A stretch of 64,000 nucleotides of DNA from a virus, in IMG/VR virus record IMGVR_UViG_3300011113_000642, positions 30,855 to 94,854 of that record; one strand, 5' to 3'. This document shows positions 1 to 9,908 of the stretch, piece after piece (the stretch's first letter is position 1; each line of letters begins with the position of its first letter). The notes beneath the pieces were generated by a model. It saw only the letters and a program-made list of their open reading frames with translations, was not told the DNA's origin and did not search any database. Made by a program: the position numbers and the translations under genes.

Positions 1-514
1 GTATCGTCCCAGCGATCAGGCTGGAGATTATATGTTTGATTTGCGTTATCAAATGACCTTATTTGATTTCTTTGGTCTGTATTTTAATCAAGGTGGCTTG
101 TCTCAAGGACCCATGGCATCTTATATGGAAGCCATGCAATACATTTCGTTGATTAACGATGTATTTAATTATCCTTGCTCTTATACCTATACTAAATCTA
201 CAAATCGCTTATTTTTAGAACTTGAAACAAGTAAACTACAACTGGGAAATTATTTAATGGTTGAAGCTTATGTTCAAGTTAATCCGGATTATTATACAAG
301 AGTTTGGGGAGACCGTATTTTTCAAAGACATTATGCAGCAGTATTAAAGAAGCAATGGGCACAAAATCTTCTTAAATTTTCTGGAATGCCTTTACCCGGT
401 GGAGCACAGCTAAACGCCCCAGCAATGATGCAAGAGGCGGCACGGGAATTAGAAGCCATAGAAATATTATTAACCAAGACACAAGAACTTCCACCAGATC
501 CGCTAATAGGCTAA
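1..514 (+). CDS. gp13: T4-like neck protein gp13 (5'-truncated; frame open from window start)
   Basis: C-terminal KKQWAQNLLKFSGMPLPGG..LN..E.P.P.IG signature; directly upstream of gp14. Confidence 0.9.
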   Translation, partial: YRPSDQAGDYMFDLRYQMTLFDFFGLYFNQGGLSQGPMASYMEAMQYISLINDVFNYPCSYTYTKSTNRLFLELETSKLQLGNYLMVEAYVQVNPDYYTRVWGDRIFQRHYAAVLKKQWAQNLLKFSGMPLPGGAQLNAPAMMQEAARELEAIEILLTKTQELPPDPLIG

Positions 515-515
515 A

Positions 516-1193
516 ATGGCTACAAACCCTTATATTAACTTAACTTCTTATGGTCCAGAACAAAAACTGATCGAAGATATTACAGTTGAATTGATTCAAG
601 GAGTTGGCCAAGATTGTTATTATGTTCCAAGAAAGTATTTTAATATAGACAAAATATTTGGAGAAGATCCAGCATCTTCTTTTGAAAAAGCCTATCAGGT
701 TGAAATGTATATTCAATCATATAAAGGATTTGAAGGTACTGATGTAATTACACAATTTGGTTTAGAAATTAAAGACAAAATATCTTTGCTTCTTGCACGA
801 AGAAGATTTAAGGAAGAAGTTACCGATTTAGATAGCACAATAATAAGACCCAGAGAAGGTGATTTAATTTACTTTCCCCTTTCAAAGTCTTTATTTGAGA
901 TTAACTTTGTTGAACACGAAAATCCAATGTATCCACTTGGAAAATTGTATTCGTATCAAATAACTGCAGAACTTTTCACCTACAGTTACGAAACAATTGC
1001 AACAAACAATACGGCAATCAATTCTCCTTACACAAGCACAACAGCAGGTCTTTCTGGGTCTACTATCATTCCATTGGCCAACAATCTTGGTACTACTTAT
1101 GGAATTAATGATGTGTTACATACTGAAGGTAATTCTTATGGCTTTGATCCCAATGACCCCTTTAATGAAGGAGGATGCTCTGGGGGAGCATAA
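516..1193 (+). CDS. gp14: T4-like neck protein gp14
   Basis: YYVPR, FGED, RPREGDLIYFP, FEINFVEHE..YPLGK motifs; synteny. Confidence 0.93.
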   Translation: MATNPYINLTSYGPEQKLIEDITVELIQGVGQDCYYVPRKYFNIDKIFGEDPASSFEKAYQVEMYIQSYKGFEGTDVITQFGLEIKDKISLLLARRRFKEEVTDLDSTIIRPREGDLIYFPLSKSLFEINFVEHENPMYPLGKLYSYQITAELFTYSYETIATNNTAINSPYTSTTAGLSGSTIIPLANNLGTTYGINDVLHTEGNSYGFDPNDPFNEGGCSGGA

Positions 1194-1198
1194 CAATT

Positions 1199-1858
1199 AT
1201 GTTTGGTTATTTTTACAATCAAAATTTACGTAAATTGGTGGTAGCCTTTGGTTCTCTATTTTCTAATATAGAGATTGCTCACAAAGATCCCAATACTGGA
1301 ACAAATAAAAATATTCGGGTTCCAATTCACTATTCTCCCCAAGAAAAGTTTATTCAAAGACTTTTGCAGCCTTCTTCTATTACTACAGGAACTAGAGTTG
1401 AAATACAAGTTCCAATTATTAGCTTCAATATAAACAATATTATTGTTGATAATGGGAGAAAGTTTAATCGATTTGCAAGAAACGATAGCGTAGGTGCCGG
1501 CTGTCCAGATGGTTCTGCAATAGAATCACAAATTCCGGTAAACGTTTCATTTAATTTATTTGTCTATACAAGGCACACAGACGATATGTTACAAATTGTG
1601 GAACAAATTATGCCATACTTTGTTCCAGATCACACCATCACAATGGATTTAAACTCTGTACAGCAAAATGTAAATATTCCAATTATATTGGTTAATAATA
1701 ATTTATCTGAAAGATATGATGGAGACTTTTCAAGTCGTAGATTAAATATTGCGTCGTTTCAATTTTTGGCTAAGTCTTGGATTTTTGGAAAAGTACAAAG
1801 CGCAACAGGAATTACAGGCTTTGTAAGTGGAGCAACAACAGGCATTGTTTTTGACTAA
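1199..1858 (+). CDS. gp15: tail terminator/sheath stabiliser gp15
   Basis: MFGYFYN..LRKLVVAFGSLF, RVPIHYSPQEKF, LQIVEQIMPYF.P; start moved to ATG 1199. Confidence 0.92.
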   Translation: MFGYFYNQNLRKLVVAFGSLFSNIEIAHKDPNTGTNKNIRVPIHYSPQEKFIQRLLQPSSITTGTRVEIQVPIISFNINNIIVDNGRKFNRFARNDSVGAGCPDGSAIESQIPVNVSFNLFVYTRHTDDMLQIVEQIMPYFVPDHTITMDLNSVQQNVNIPIILVNNNLSERYDGDFSSRRLNIASFQFLAKSWIFGKVQSATGITGFVSGATTGIVFD

Positions 1859-1860
1859 TT

Positions 1861-2310
1861 ATGAGTATTAATAAAAATTTAAGCAAACTCTTTAATGTTG
1901 GTGAGTTAAAAAACGAACCAACAAATAAAAATCTTGTTGGTGGTACTTTTGATTCAGAATCCTTTCAAAAAGATTATGAATTAGTAAGATCCAATTTAAA
2001 AGACTTAATAGGAAATGGAAACACAGCATTAGAATCTGCTTTAAAAGTAGCTACTGAATCCGATAGCCCAAGGGCTTATGAAGTTGTGGCTATTCTTTTA
2101 AAGACAATGGCCGATTTAAACAATAATGTTCTGGATGTTCATAAAAAAGCAAAAGATACAACGGCGGCACCAGCTACAAAAATCACACAAACAAACAATT
2201 CAGTATTTGTGGGATCAACCAAAGATTTACAAAATCTTTTAAATAAAGAAAGAAGCACCGAAAAAATTATCGATGCAGAGGTTGTGAATGATGAACCAAA
2301 ACAAAAATAA
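1861..2310 (+). CDS. gp16: terminase small subunit gp16
   Basis: DYELVRSNL, SPRAYEV, NNSVFVGSTKDLQ motifs. Confidence 0.92.
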   Translation: MSINKNLSKLFNVGELKNEPTNKNLVGGTFDSESFQKDYELVRSNLKDLIGNGNTALESALKVATESDSPRAYEVVAILLKTMADLNNNVLDVHKKAKDTTAAPATKITQTNNSVFVGSTKDLQNLLNKERSTEKIIDAEVVNDEPKQK

Positions 2311-3946
2311 TCAGGGTTATCGGAATAATCCTAAACTTAAGCCCCCCGGCGTAGAGTTACAATATTCAAAAGAAGAGTTGAACGAGTACATTAAGTGTGC
2401 CAAGGATCCTGTTTATTTTTGTAGTAAATATGTAAAGGTAAAAACTCTTGATAAAGGTGTTATGCCATTTAAATTGTATGATTATCAAGAAACATTTGTT
2501 CGTAAAATTCATGAAAATAGATTTGTAATTTCTAAATGGCCCAGGCAATCGGGTAAATCTACCTCCGTAATTGGTTATATTTGTCATTATGTTACATTTA
2601 ATCAAAGCGTAAATGTCGCCATTCTCGCAAATAAATTAAAAACCGCAAAGGATGAGTTGTTTGCAAAATTACAATTAGCTTATGAAAACTTACCACAATT
2701 TTTACAGCAGGGTGTTGTAGAGTGGAATAAAACAAGTTTTAAGCTAGAAAATGGTTCAAGAGTTGTCTGCGATGCAACATCTTCGTCTGCTATTCGTGGT
2801 GGTTCTTATAACCTTTTGCTATTGGATGAATATGCCTTCTTGCCATCTCATATAGCAGAAGAATTTTATTCGTCAACTTATCCCACCATTTCTGCTGGTA
2901 CTACGACAAAACTTATTATTGTATCTACGCCAAATGGCATGAATCACTTTCATAAACTTTGGGTGGACGCAAATCGTCCTGCGGGCCACAAACTTAAAAA
3001 TAAATTCGTCCCCGTGGAAGTAAGTTGGCGTGACGTACCAATTACACCAGGCGGTCCAAAACGAAATGATGAATGGGCAGCAGAACAAATCGCCAATACT
3101 AGCCCCGAACAATTTGAACAGGAATATGGTTGTAGTTTTTTGGGATCTTCAAATACATTAATTTCATCAACTAAATTAAATGTTTTGGCCCCAGAAGAAC
3201 CAATTAGCGAAAATTCTGATGGTTACAGAGTTTATGAAACTCCACAAAAAGAAAAAACTTACTTTTTGCAGGCAGATGTATCTCGGGGGCAAGGGTCAGA
3301 TTATTCGGCATTTACTATTATAGAAGCAAATAGTACTCCGTATAAAGTAGTAGCCACTTACAGAAATAATACAATTAGCCCTTTTAATTTTCCAACAGTA
3401 ATATTAAATGCTGCCAAATCTTATAATAATGCCTATGTATTAATTGAAACAAATGATTTGGGTGGTCAAGTGTCAAACATTTTGCATGCAGACTTGGAAT
3501 ATGAAAATGTTCTTATGACAAAAGTTTTGGGTAGAAAGGGTCAAATTTTATCTCAAGGGTTTGGTGGTATAGGAAAAAATGAAATGGGTATACGCACTAC
3601 TGCCCAAACTAAAAAAATTGGTTGTGCCATTTTAAAAAGACTAATAGAAGAAGACAAAATTCTTTTAAATGATGAGCGTATAATTGCCGAGTTAATGGCT
3701 TTCGTTTCTAGATCTAATACATATAAGGCAGAAGAAGGACAAACAGACGATTTGGTTATGAGTTTGGTGTTTTTTGCATGGTTAACGAGACAAGATTATT
3801 TTGCAGATCTTTTAGAGCAAGCAAAGTTTAATTATGAGGAAGCAATGAAGCCGGAAGATGATAATATTTTGTTTATTCCTAACCAAAAAAATGATGATGA
3901 TGAAAATGAATTTGTTCAGGGTGGTGTTGTTTGGTATCCCACATAA
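2288..3946 (+). CDS. gp17: terminase large subunit gp17
   Basis: Walker A PRQSGKST, Walker B LLLDEYAF, STPNG, nuclease DVSRGQGSDYS and DDLVM. Confidence 0.97.
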   Translation: MMNQNKNNQGYRNNPKLKPPGVELQYSKEELNEYIKCAKDPVYFCSKYVKVKTLDKGVMPFKLYDYQETFVRKIHENRFVISKWPRQSGKSTSVIGYICHYVTFNQSVNVAILANKLKTAKDELFAKLQLAYENLPQFLQQGVVEWNKTSFKLENGSRVVCDATSSSAIRGGSYNLLLLDEYAFLPSHIAEEFYSSTYPTISAGTTTKLIIVSTPNGMNHFHKLWVDANRPAGHKLKNKFVPVEVSWRDVPITPGGPKRNDEWAAEQIANTSPEQFEQEYGCSFLGSSNTLISSTKLNVLAPEEPISENSDGYRVYETPQKEKTYFLQADVSRGQGSDYSAFTIIEANSTPYKVVATYRNNTISPFNFPTVILNAAKSYNNAYVLIETNDLGGQVSNILHADLEYENVLMTKVLGRKGQILSQGFGGIGKNEMGIRTTAQTKKIGCAILKRLIEEDKILLNDERIIAELMAFVSRSNTYKAEEGQTDDLVMSLVFFAWLTRQDYFADLLEQAKFNYEEAMKPEDDNILFIPNQKNDDDENEFVQGGVVWYPT

Positions 3947-3949
3947 ATT

Positions 3950-3957
3950 ACTAAATA
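3950..3957 (+). promoter_or_regulatory. T4-type late promoter (xTAAATA)
   Basis: ACTAAATA in the gp17-gp18 gap followed by GAGGA SD; gp55 is encoded in the window. Confidence 0.6.
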
Positions 3958-3981
3958 TTTAAACGGTAGAGGAATACTTAA

Positions 3982-5292
3982 ATGGCCAACGACAAACTTA
4001 GCTCTTTTAATAGTAGCAATCAATTTTTTGTAGAAACCGCAATCAATCCTTTAATCTGCGGTGTTCTAATGGGCAACACCTACAATGCAGGTTTTACTTT
4101 TAATGGAGTTTGTGGTCCCACTATGGATCCGGGTGGTATTTTTGGTTGGCTAATTTATAGCAGAACATCCAGAACCAATCCAGTTGGAACTACCGCAGAT
4201 TCTTACATTACATATACAAATTCCCAAGATTTGGTTTATGATTTAAATCAGTTGAGTGGGATAACAAATGCTCTATTGACCGGTTCTTCTGGTGGAAATA
4301 CTCACGCATTTTTTACAAATAGAGGGACAGATCCGGCAAATTCAATTACAAATATCGGAACATTGAATAACGGTATTGATTTCTTATTTGCTCTTAATTA
4401 TTTGGCATACGGTGGTAATTTAGTTATTGCACCAAAAACACAAGGGCTGGATCAATATATTGCCGACAGTGATACTTATTTTGATGCAGTTGTTGCAAGA
4501 GAAGCTGGTGCCTCATTATGCCAATGGTTGGAAACACAACCCTATACAATGGGAATTTTTCCAAGTATAGCAGTGGACGGTGTCACCGGACTTGGTATTA
4601 CGATGGCAAATTACGCTTCGCTGTTCAGCAGTTCATCTTTGGTAACAGGAACAACCGTTGCAAATAGAATTTTTAATGTTCGTGGCATAAAAACTGTTGC
4701 AGATCTAGACACAACAACCCTATATCCAAACAGCCGTTTGACTTATGACTTGCCCGCATCAGTAGATGTAGCCGGTTTCTTTAACAGATCAAAAAATCAA
4801 AATAAGTTATATTTAACCGTGGCTGGTTTAGATTTATCTACCATTTTAAATGGAAAAATTTCAAACGGCTCTATTGATTGGTCCAACGCCATTAAAACAA
4901 CACTAAGAACCAATAGGGTAAATTTCTTTGTAAATTATACTCAAAACAATTTCTTAGGATCTGATTTAACTGGTGCAACTGCAAATGCAACAATTTTATC
5001 AGAAAATAGAATCGGCCCGGCAAATCTTAAAGTTGCTTTAAATAAACTCTTAAATGATATTGGTTTGAAGTATTTGTACAAAATTAATAATGCTCAAACA
5101 AGAGCACAAATTACCGCAGAAATTCAAACTGGTTTAGATCCATTTGCTCCATTCATCGATACTACCAAGACACAAATTGTTTGCAACAATTCCAACAATA
5201 CTGATAATGGTAGCTCTTTGACTATGCAAGTAGTAATTCAACCAATCCTTTCAATTGAATCCTTCGGAGTCACTGTAACACTCACACAATAA
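3982..5292 (+). CDS. gp18: divergent, short tail sheath protein (gp18-like)
   Basis: Position between gp17 and gp19; ALNYLAYGGNLV motif; C-terminal sheath domain (N..TRAQI...IVCNNSNNT...VIQP..SIE). Confidence 0.75.
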   Translation: MANDKLSSFNSSNQFFVETAINPLICGVLMGNTYNAGFTFNGVCGPTMDPGGIFGWLIYSRTSRTNPVGTTADSYITYTNSQDLVYDLNQLSGITNALLTGSSGGNTHAFFTNRGTDPANSITNIGTLNNGIDFLFALNYLAYGGNLVIAPKTQGLDQYIADSDTYFDAVVAREAGASLCQWLETQPYTMGIFPSIAVDGVTGLGITMANYASLFSSSSLVTGTTVANRIFNVRGIKTVADLDTTTLYPNSRLTYDLPASVDVAGFFNRSKNQNKLYLTVAGLDLSTILNGKISNGSIDWSNAIKTTLRTNRVNFFVNYTQNNFLGSDLTGATANATILSENRIGPANLKVALNKLLNDIGLKYLYKINNAQTRAQITAEIQTGLDPFAPFIDTTKTQIVCNNSNNTDNGSSLTMQVVIQPILSIESFGVTVTLTQ

Positions 5293-5840
5293 TGGCAAGC
5301 AACAATTCCATAATCAATTTTAAAACTGGTTTTAATGGCGGTACTCGCGCCAATAGATTTCGCGTTTATCCAACATGGCCAAATTTAGGTTCATTGGTCC
5401 CAGAACAAGAAGAGGCATCTTTTAAAATTGTTTCAGCTTCATTGCCGGCAACTCAGATTAATACCATAGTCGTGCCATACCGAGGTCGCCAAATTACATT
5501 TCCCGGTGACAGAATGTATAGTACCTGGGCAATTGGAATATATGACGATGGAAACACCAAAACTCTTTGGAAAGGACTACATAAGTGGGCCGAAGAGATG
5601 GATGGTCACCTTACACACACCGTGGCTAATAATGATTATAGCTATAAAACATGGCAGACAACTTGGAGAGTCGAACAATTGAATCCAAACGGCGGTGTTT
5701 TAAAAACAATTTTTCTTGAAAAGTGTTGGCCATCTGTTATTGGTGAAATTAATCTAAACATGGCCGAAGTTGGATTTGTTGGCTTTAGTGCTACTTTAAC
5801 CTTTGATTTTCTTAGAATTAAAGACAATTATAATTCATAA
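5292..5840 (+). CDS. gp19: tail tube protein gp19 (copy 1)
   Basis: GGTRANRF, VPYRGRQITFPGDRMYSTW, CWPS..GEI.L motifs. Confidence 0.9.
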   Translation: MASNNSIINFKTGFNGGTRANRFRVYPTWPNLGSLVPEQEEASFKIVSASLPATQINTIVVPYRGRQITFPGDRMYSTWAIGIYDDGNTKTLWKGLHKWAEEMDGHLTHTVANNDYSYKTWQTTWRVEQLNPNGGVLKTIFLEKCWPSVIGEINLNMAEVGFVGFSATLTFDFLRIKDNYNS

Positions 5841-5851
5841 TAAGGAAAATT

Positions 5852-6376
5852 ATGCTTATAAATTTTAAAGAAAACTTCAATGGTGGTACAAGATCAAATA
5901 GATTTCGTATAACTGGTAATTTTCCTTTTGGTGGCCAATTTACAGATTATCATGTTAGGGCTACAACAATTCCCACAGTTTCTACTAAAAATTTAAGTTA
6001 CGATTATTTTGGAAGAAAGTATTATTATCCGGGTGAAAAAGAATACGGAACTTGGTCTTTTCAATCATGGGATGATATTGATGATAATAATATGTGGGGA
6101 AAATTGCAGCGCTGGCAGGATAGAATAAACAATCACGATACAAATAAAACAACAGATCTAAAAACTCAAAATGTTTATAAAGCCTACGATTGGTTTGTTG
6201 ATCATCTAGATTTAAATGATAGAAGAGAGCCATTAAAAAGATTTATTCTTCATGGTTGCTGGCCAGCAGCAATTCAGCCAGTTACTTTAAATATGGGCAG
6301 TCCAAACGTGTTAAATAGTTTTAACGTTATTATTGTTTTTGATTATCTTGAAATTTTAGGTGTGACCAGAAGGTGA
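5852..6376 (+). CDS. gp19: tail tube protein gp19-like (copy 2)
   Basis: Paralogue of the previous gene: INFK..FNGGTR.NRFR, YFGRKYYYPGEKEYGTW, GCWP. Confidence 0.85.
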   Translation: MLINFKENFNGGTRSNRFRITGNFPFGGQFTDYHVRATTIPTVSTKNLSYDYFGRKYYYPGEKEYGTWSFQSWDDIDDNNMWGKLQRWQDRINNHDTNKTTDLKTQNVYKAYDWFVDHLDLNDRREPLKRFILHGCWPAAIQPVTLNMGSPNVLNSFNVIIVFDYLEILGVTRR

Positions 6377-7941
6377 AAAAAATGGAAGTAGATATTTTTG
6401 GATTTCAATTTGGAAAAAAACCTGCTACAAAAGTAGAAAAAGAATCGCAGTCAATTCAATCATTTACCGCTCCAGAAGTATATGACGGAACTGTAACTGT
6501 TGAAGCTGGTGGGTTTTTTGGTACGGTATTAGATTATGCAACAACAATGCGCGATGAACAGCAATCGGTCATCCAATACCGAAATATGTCTGTTTATCCA
6601 GAATTGGATAATGCCATTGATGAAATTGTAAACGCCGCTATTGTTCCCGGAACAGACGGAAAGCCAGTAAAACTTGATCTTTCAAATTGTCCAGTTTCAG
6701 ACAATATAAAAAATAAAATTTATAAAGAATTTGAAACAGTTTTACATTTATTAGATTTTAATCATAAATCGTATGAAGTTTTTCGTAGATGGTACATAGA
6801 TTCAAAAATTTATTATAACATCATAATAGACAAAGAACTTCCTATGGAAGGTATTCAGGAAATTATTCCAATTGATCCTTTAAAGATTAAAAAAGTTCGT
6901 AAACTTAAAAAAGAAATGGATAAAGGTACAAATGGTACCCCAGTCCAATTAGTTAAAGATATTGAAGAATTTTACGTTTATACAAATACCGATAAAGAAT
7001 CATATATTATGACCGGTCCACAAGGATTGCATTTATCCTTGGACAGCGTAGTATACGTTCCTTCCGGTTTAATTGATTTGAATACCAAGAGAGTATTGGG
7101 TTACTTACACAAAGCAATTCGCCCATTGAATATGTTACGACAAATGGAAGATGCTTTGTTGGTTTACCGTATTGCCCGTGCTCCAGAGCGCCGTGTATTT
7201 TATGTCGATGTTGGACAACTTCCAAAACAAAAAGCAGAACAATACATGAGAGACATGATGAGTCGTTTCCGCACAAGACTCATCTATAATCAAGATACCG
7301 GTGAAATCAGAGATGAACGGAAGTTTATGTCTGTATTGGAAGATTACTGGTTGCCTCGCCGCGAAGGATCTCGGGGCACCGAAATCAGCACGCTTCCTGG
7401 TGCACAATCACTTTCACAAATTGAAGATGCCGAATACTTTAAGAAGAAACTATACGGTTCACTTAACGTTCCACTTAGCCGCCTAACACCGGAAAGCACC
7501 GGATTTAATATGGGTCGCTCAAGTGAAATTACTAGAGAAGAAATTAAGTTTTACAAATTTATTGAGCGTTTAAGATTCCAGTTTTCAAAACTTTTTATGG
7601 ATACTTTAAGAGTTCAACTTCTTTTAAAGGGAGTTATGACAGATGAAGACTGGAGACAATTAAAGTCTGATATTAAGTTTGTCTTTAATACCGACAATTA
7701 TTTTTGGGATTTAAAGGAAGCAGAAATTTTAGCAGAACGGTTAAAAATGCTTTCGTTTGTTGAACCTTATATTGGTAAATACTTCTCTACCGAATATGTA
7801 AAGAAAAATATTTTGAAATATTTACCAGAAGAATTGGTTGAACTTGAAAAACAAATGGCAACCGACAGACAACGAATTGCACAGGAACAAGCAGCAATGG
7901 CAGCACAACAAGCTGCGCAGGCAGGAACTGTAGAGGGATAA
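6373..7941 (+). CDS. gp20: portal vertex protein gp20
   Basis: YRIARAPERRVFYVDVGQLPK, EDYWLPRREGSRGTEISTLPG, ITREEIKF. Confidence 0.98.
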   Translation: MKKMEVDIFGFQFGKKPATKVEKESQSIQSFTAPEVYDGTVTVEAGGFFGTVLDYATTMRDEQQSVIQYRNMSVYPELDNAIDEIVNAAIVPGTDGKPVKLDLSNCPVSDNIKNKIYKEFETVLHLLDFNHKSYEVFRRWYIDSKIYYNIIIDKELPMEGIQEIIPIDPLKIKKVRKLKKEMDKGTNGTPVQLVKDIEEFYVYTNTDKESYIMTGPQGLHLSLDSVVYVPSGLIDLNTKRVLGYLHKAIRPLNMLRQMEDALLVYRIARAPERRVFYVDVGQLPKQKAEQYMRDMMSRFRTRLIYNQDTGEIRDERKFMSVLEDYWLPRREGSRGTEISTLPGAQSLSQIEDAEYFKKKLYGSLNVPLSRLTPESTGFNMGRSSEITREEIKFYKFIERLRFQFSKLFMDTLRVQLLLKGVMTDEDWRQLKSDIKFVFNTDNYFWDLKEAEILAERLKMLSFVEPYIGKYFSTEYVKKNILKYLPEELVELEKQMATDRQRIAQEQAAMAAQQAAQAGTVEG

Positions 7942-7942
7942 A

Positions 7943-8356
7943 ATGCAAAATACCACACATTTATTGCTAAAGCATGGATTAAAATACTTGGTTTTAGAAA
8001 ACCAAGATTTATTTAAGCAAAATATTACACAAGCCTTAGCAATAAAATTGCATGAAAGTTTTGGTGAAATTAAAAAAGATGTTTGCCAAAATTTGCTTCT
8101 TTCTACGGAAAATACCGAAGCTTCTGAAGATTTAAATGAATTTGTAAGTTTTATTGAAAAATTTACTCCAGGAACTTATAAATTTAAAAATGGTTCTAGT
8201 ATAAATATTTCTGAATCTGATGTGAAATACTTAAAGTGTCTTTTTGAAAATCTAAGCCCCAAAAATAGAAGTAAAATGGTTTCAGAAATTTTAAATGATG
8301 GAGCAGCATTCAAACAACACGTAATGTTTTCACAGAAAGTAAAAAACCTATTATGA
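7943..8356 (+). CDS. hypothetical protein in prohead-core position (gp67/gp68-like locus)
   Basis: ORF tightly coupled between gp20 and gp21. Confidence 0.6.
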   Translation: MQNTTHLLLKHGLKYLVLENQDLFKQNITQALAIKLHESFGEIKKDVCQNLLLSTENTEASEDLNEFVSFIEKFTPGTYKFKNGSSINISESDVKYLKCLFENLSPKNRSKMVSEILNDGAAFKQHVMFSQKVKNLL

Positions 8357-8517
8357 AAAATAACATCCGCCAAATGATCAAAAATGTAATTGAAGAAAAT
8401 GCCGTAACCTTTAAGGAGCAAACTGGCAAAGTTCTTTATACTAAAGTTGGTCAAAAACTACAAGAACAATATAAGGCCGTAGCCAAACAAGTTTTTTCTA
8501 AGAAAGAACAAGAATGA
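8353..8517 (+). CDS. small prohead core protein (gp67-like), 54 aa, not in ORF track
   Basis: MKNNIRQMIKNVIEENAVTFKEQTGKVLYTKVGQKLQEQYKAVAKQVFSKKEQE; ATGA overlaps with both neighbours. Confidence 0.7.
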   Translation: MKNNIRQMIKNVIEENAVTFKEQTGKVLYTKVGQKLQEQYKAVAKQVFSKKEQE

Positions 8518-9161
8518 AACTAATCACTGAACTTACTGAAGATATTAAGTACGTTAAAGAAAATGTTGGTAACGGTGAAAAGACCTACTTCATTGAGGGT
8601 GTTTTTATGCAATCAGGTGTAAAAAACCGCAATGGTCGTGTTTATCCACAAGGTACTCTTTTAAAAGAATGCAACAGATACATTAATGAATATGTTAACA
8701 AAGGTCGTGCTCTCGGTGAATTGAATCACCCAACTGGGCCAACCGTAAATCTGGATCGTGTATCTCACATTGTAAAAGAACTTCATGAAGATGGCCATAA
8801 TGTTTATGGTAAAGCCAAAGTTCTTGACACCCCAATGGGTAGAATTGTTAAAAATCTTATTGAAGAGGGTGCTCAACTAGGCGTATCAACCCGTGGTATG
8901 GGTTCATTAAAATCGAAGGGTGGATATCAAGAAGTTCAAGAAGATTTTATGTTGGCTGCAATTGATATTGTTGCCGATCCTTCTGCACCAAATGCATTTG
9001 TAAATGGTATTATGGAAGGTCGTGAATGGATGTTTATCGATGGTATTTGGCAAGAAAGACAAGCAGCCGAAGCCAAAAAATTAATCCGCGAATCTTCCAA
9101 AAAAGACTTAAATAAAAATATTGTAAAGGTTTTCCAAGATTACTTTAAGAAACTAGGATGA
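8514..9161 (+). CDS. gp21: prohead protease gp21
   Basis: MKLITE, NRNGRVYP, ALGELNHP, GVSTRGMGSL, DIVADPSAPNAFV. Confidence 0.97.
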   Translation: MKLITELTEDIKYVKENVGNGEKTYFIEGVFMQSGVKNRNGRVYPQGTLLKECNRYINEYVNKGRALGELNHPTGPTVNLDRVSHIVKELHEDGHNVYGKAKVLDTPMGRIVKNLIEEGAQLGVSTRGMGSLKSKGGYQEVQEDFMLAAIDIVADPSAPNAFVNGIMEGREWMFIDGIWQERQAAEAKKLIRESSKKDLNKNIVKVFQDYFKKLG

Positions 9162-9868
9162 GTAATATTCTTCCACAACATGCCACCAAATATTTGGTAG
9201 AGTCTTTAAATAAAAGAACTACTCAAAATATTAAATTGGAACTAGCTGAGGCGTTGGGTGCAACTAAAACCCCCAAAGCAGCAACAGGCAATAGAAGTTC
9301 TGAAAGTTCTAGTGGTGGGTATGGCGTAGGTGTTGGAGAACAAGAAACCGATACTTCTAAAAATTTTACAAACGTTTTATTTGGTTCTAAGGAAAAAGCA
9401 GTAGATCCATTAGTTGGTGCTGGATTGGCTTATGGTATTGGAAAAACAGCAACAATTGGAGCCGATATTTTAGATAAATTCGGAGTACAGTGGTTGGGTG
9501 ACGTAGCACTTAAGGGGGCTGGTGTAAAACTTCCTAGCGGAAAGGGGCCTATTGGCGATATTGGTAGGGCTTTAGCCGGCAAAGCTTTGGTGGGTATTCC
9601 GGGTGCTGTTTCAAGTTTATTGCGGCAAGTTGGTGATATTAGTGGTGCTGGTTGGGCAGAAGCTCAATTGGGAAATATTGGCCGAAGTGAAATGCAATTA
9701 GCCGCACAGGGGGCCGGATCACCGTGGACTCCCTTTGTTTTACCTGGTCAAGCTAAAGGTAAACAGCAGGGGTATGACCCAAATAAAGAAGCTGACGAAG
9801 CGATGGCAGCTGCCGAAAGAGCAGAAAAAATTAAACGATATAGAAGGCGCGGATATAATATTCCATAA
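9158..9868 (+). CDS. Gly/Ala-rich hypothetical protein inserted between gp21 and gp22, possibly head-internal
   Basis: ATGA-coupled to gp21; N-terminal LVE/LAE motifs resembling gp21 cleavage sites. Confidence 0.6.
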   Translation: MSNILPQHATKYLVESLNKRTTQNIKLELAEALGATKTPKAATGNRSSESSSGGYGVGVGEQETDTSKNFTNVLFGSKEKAVDPLVGAGLAYGIGKTATIGADILDKFGVQWLGDVALKGAGVKLPSGKGPIGDIGRALAGKALVGIPGAVSSLLRQVGDISGAGWAEAQLGNIGRSEMQLAAQGAGSPWTPFVLPGQAKGKQQGYDPNKEADEAMAAAERAEKIKRYRRRGYNIP

Positions 9869-9879
9869 TTTTGTAAACT

Positions 9880-9887
9880 TATAAATA
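9880..9887 (+). promoter_or_regulatory. T4 late promoter TATAAATA
   Basis: Exact T4 late consensus upstream of gp22 with AAGGA SD. Confidence 0.8.
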
Positions 9888-9908
9888 ATTAACAAGGATT
9901 CCTTTCAC

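Noticed and set aside
3982-6376. Extracellular contractile injection system or tailocin (two tubes)
   Set aside because: Embedded among terminase, portal, protease and capsid genes of a complete phage.
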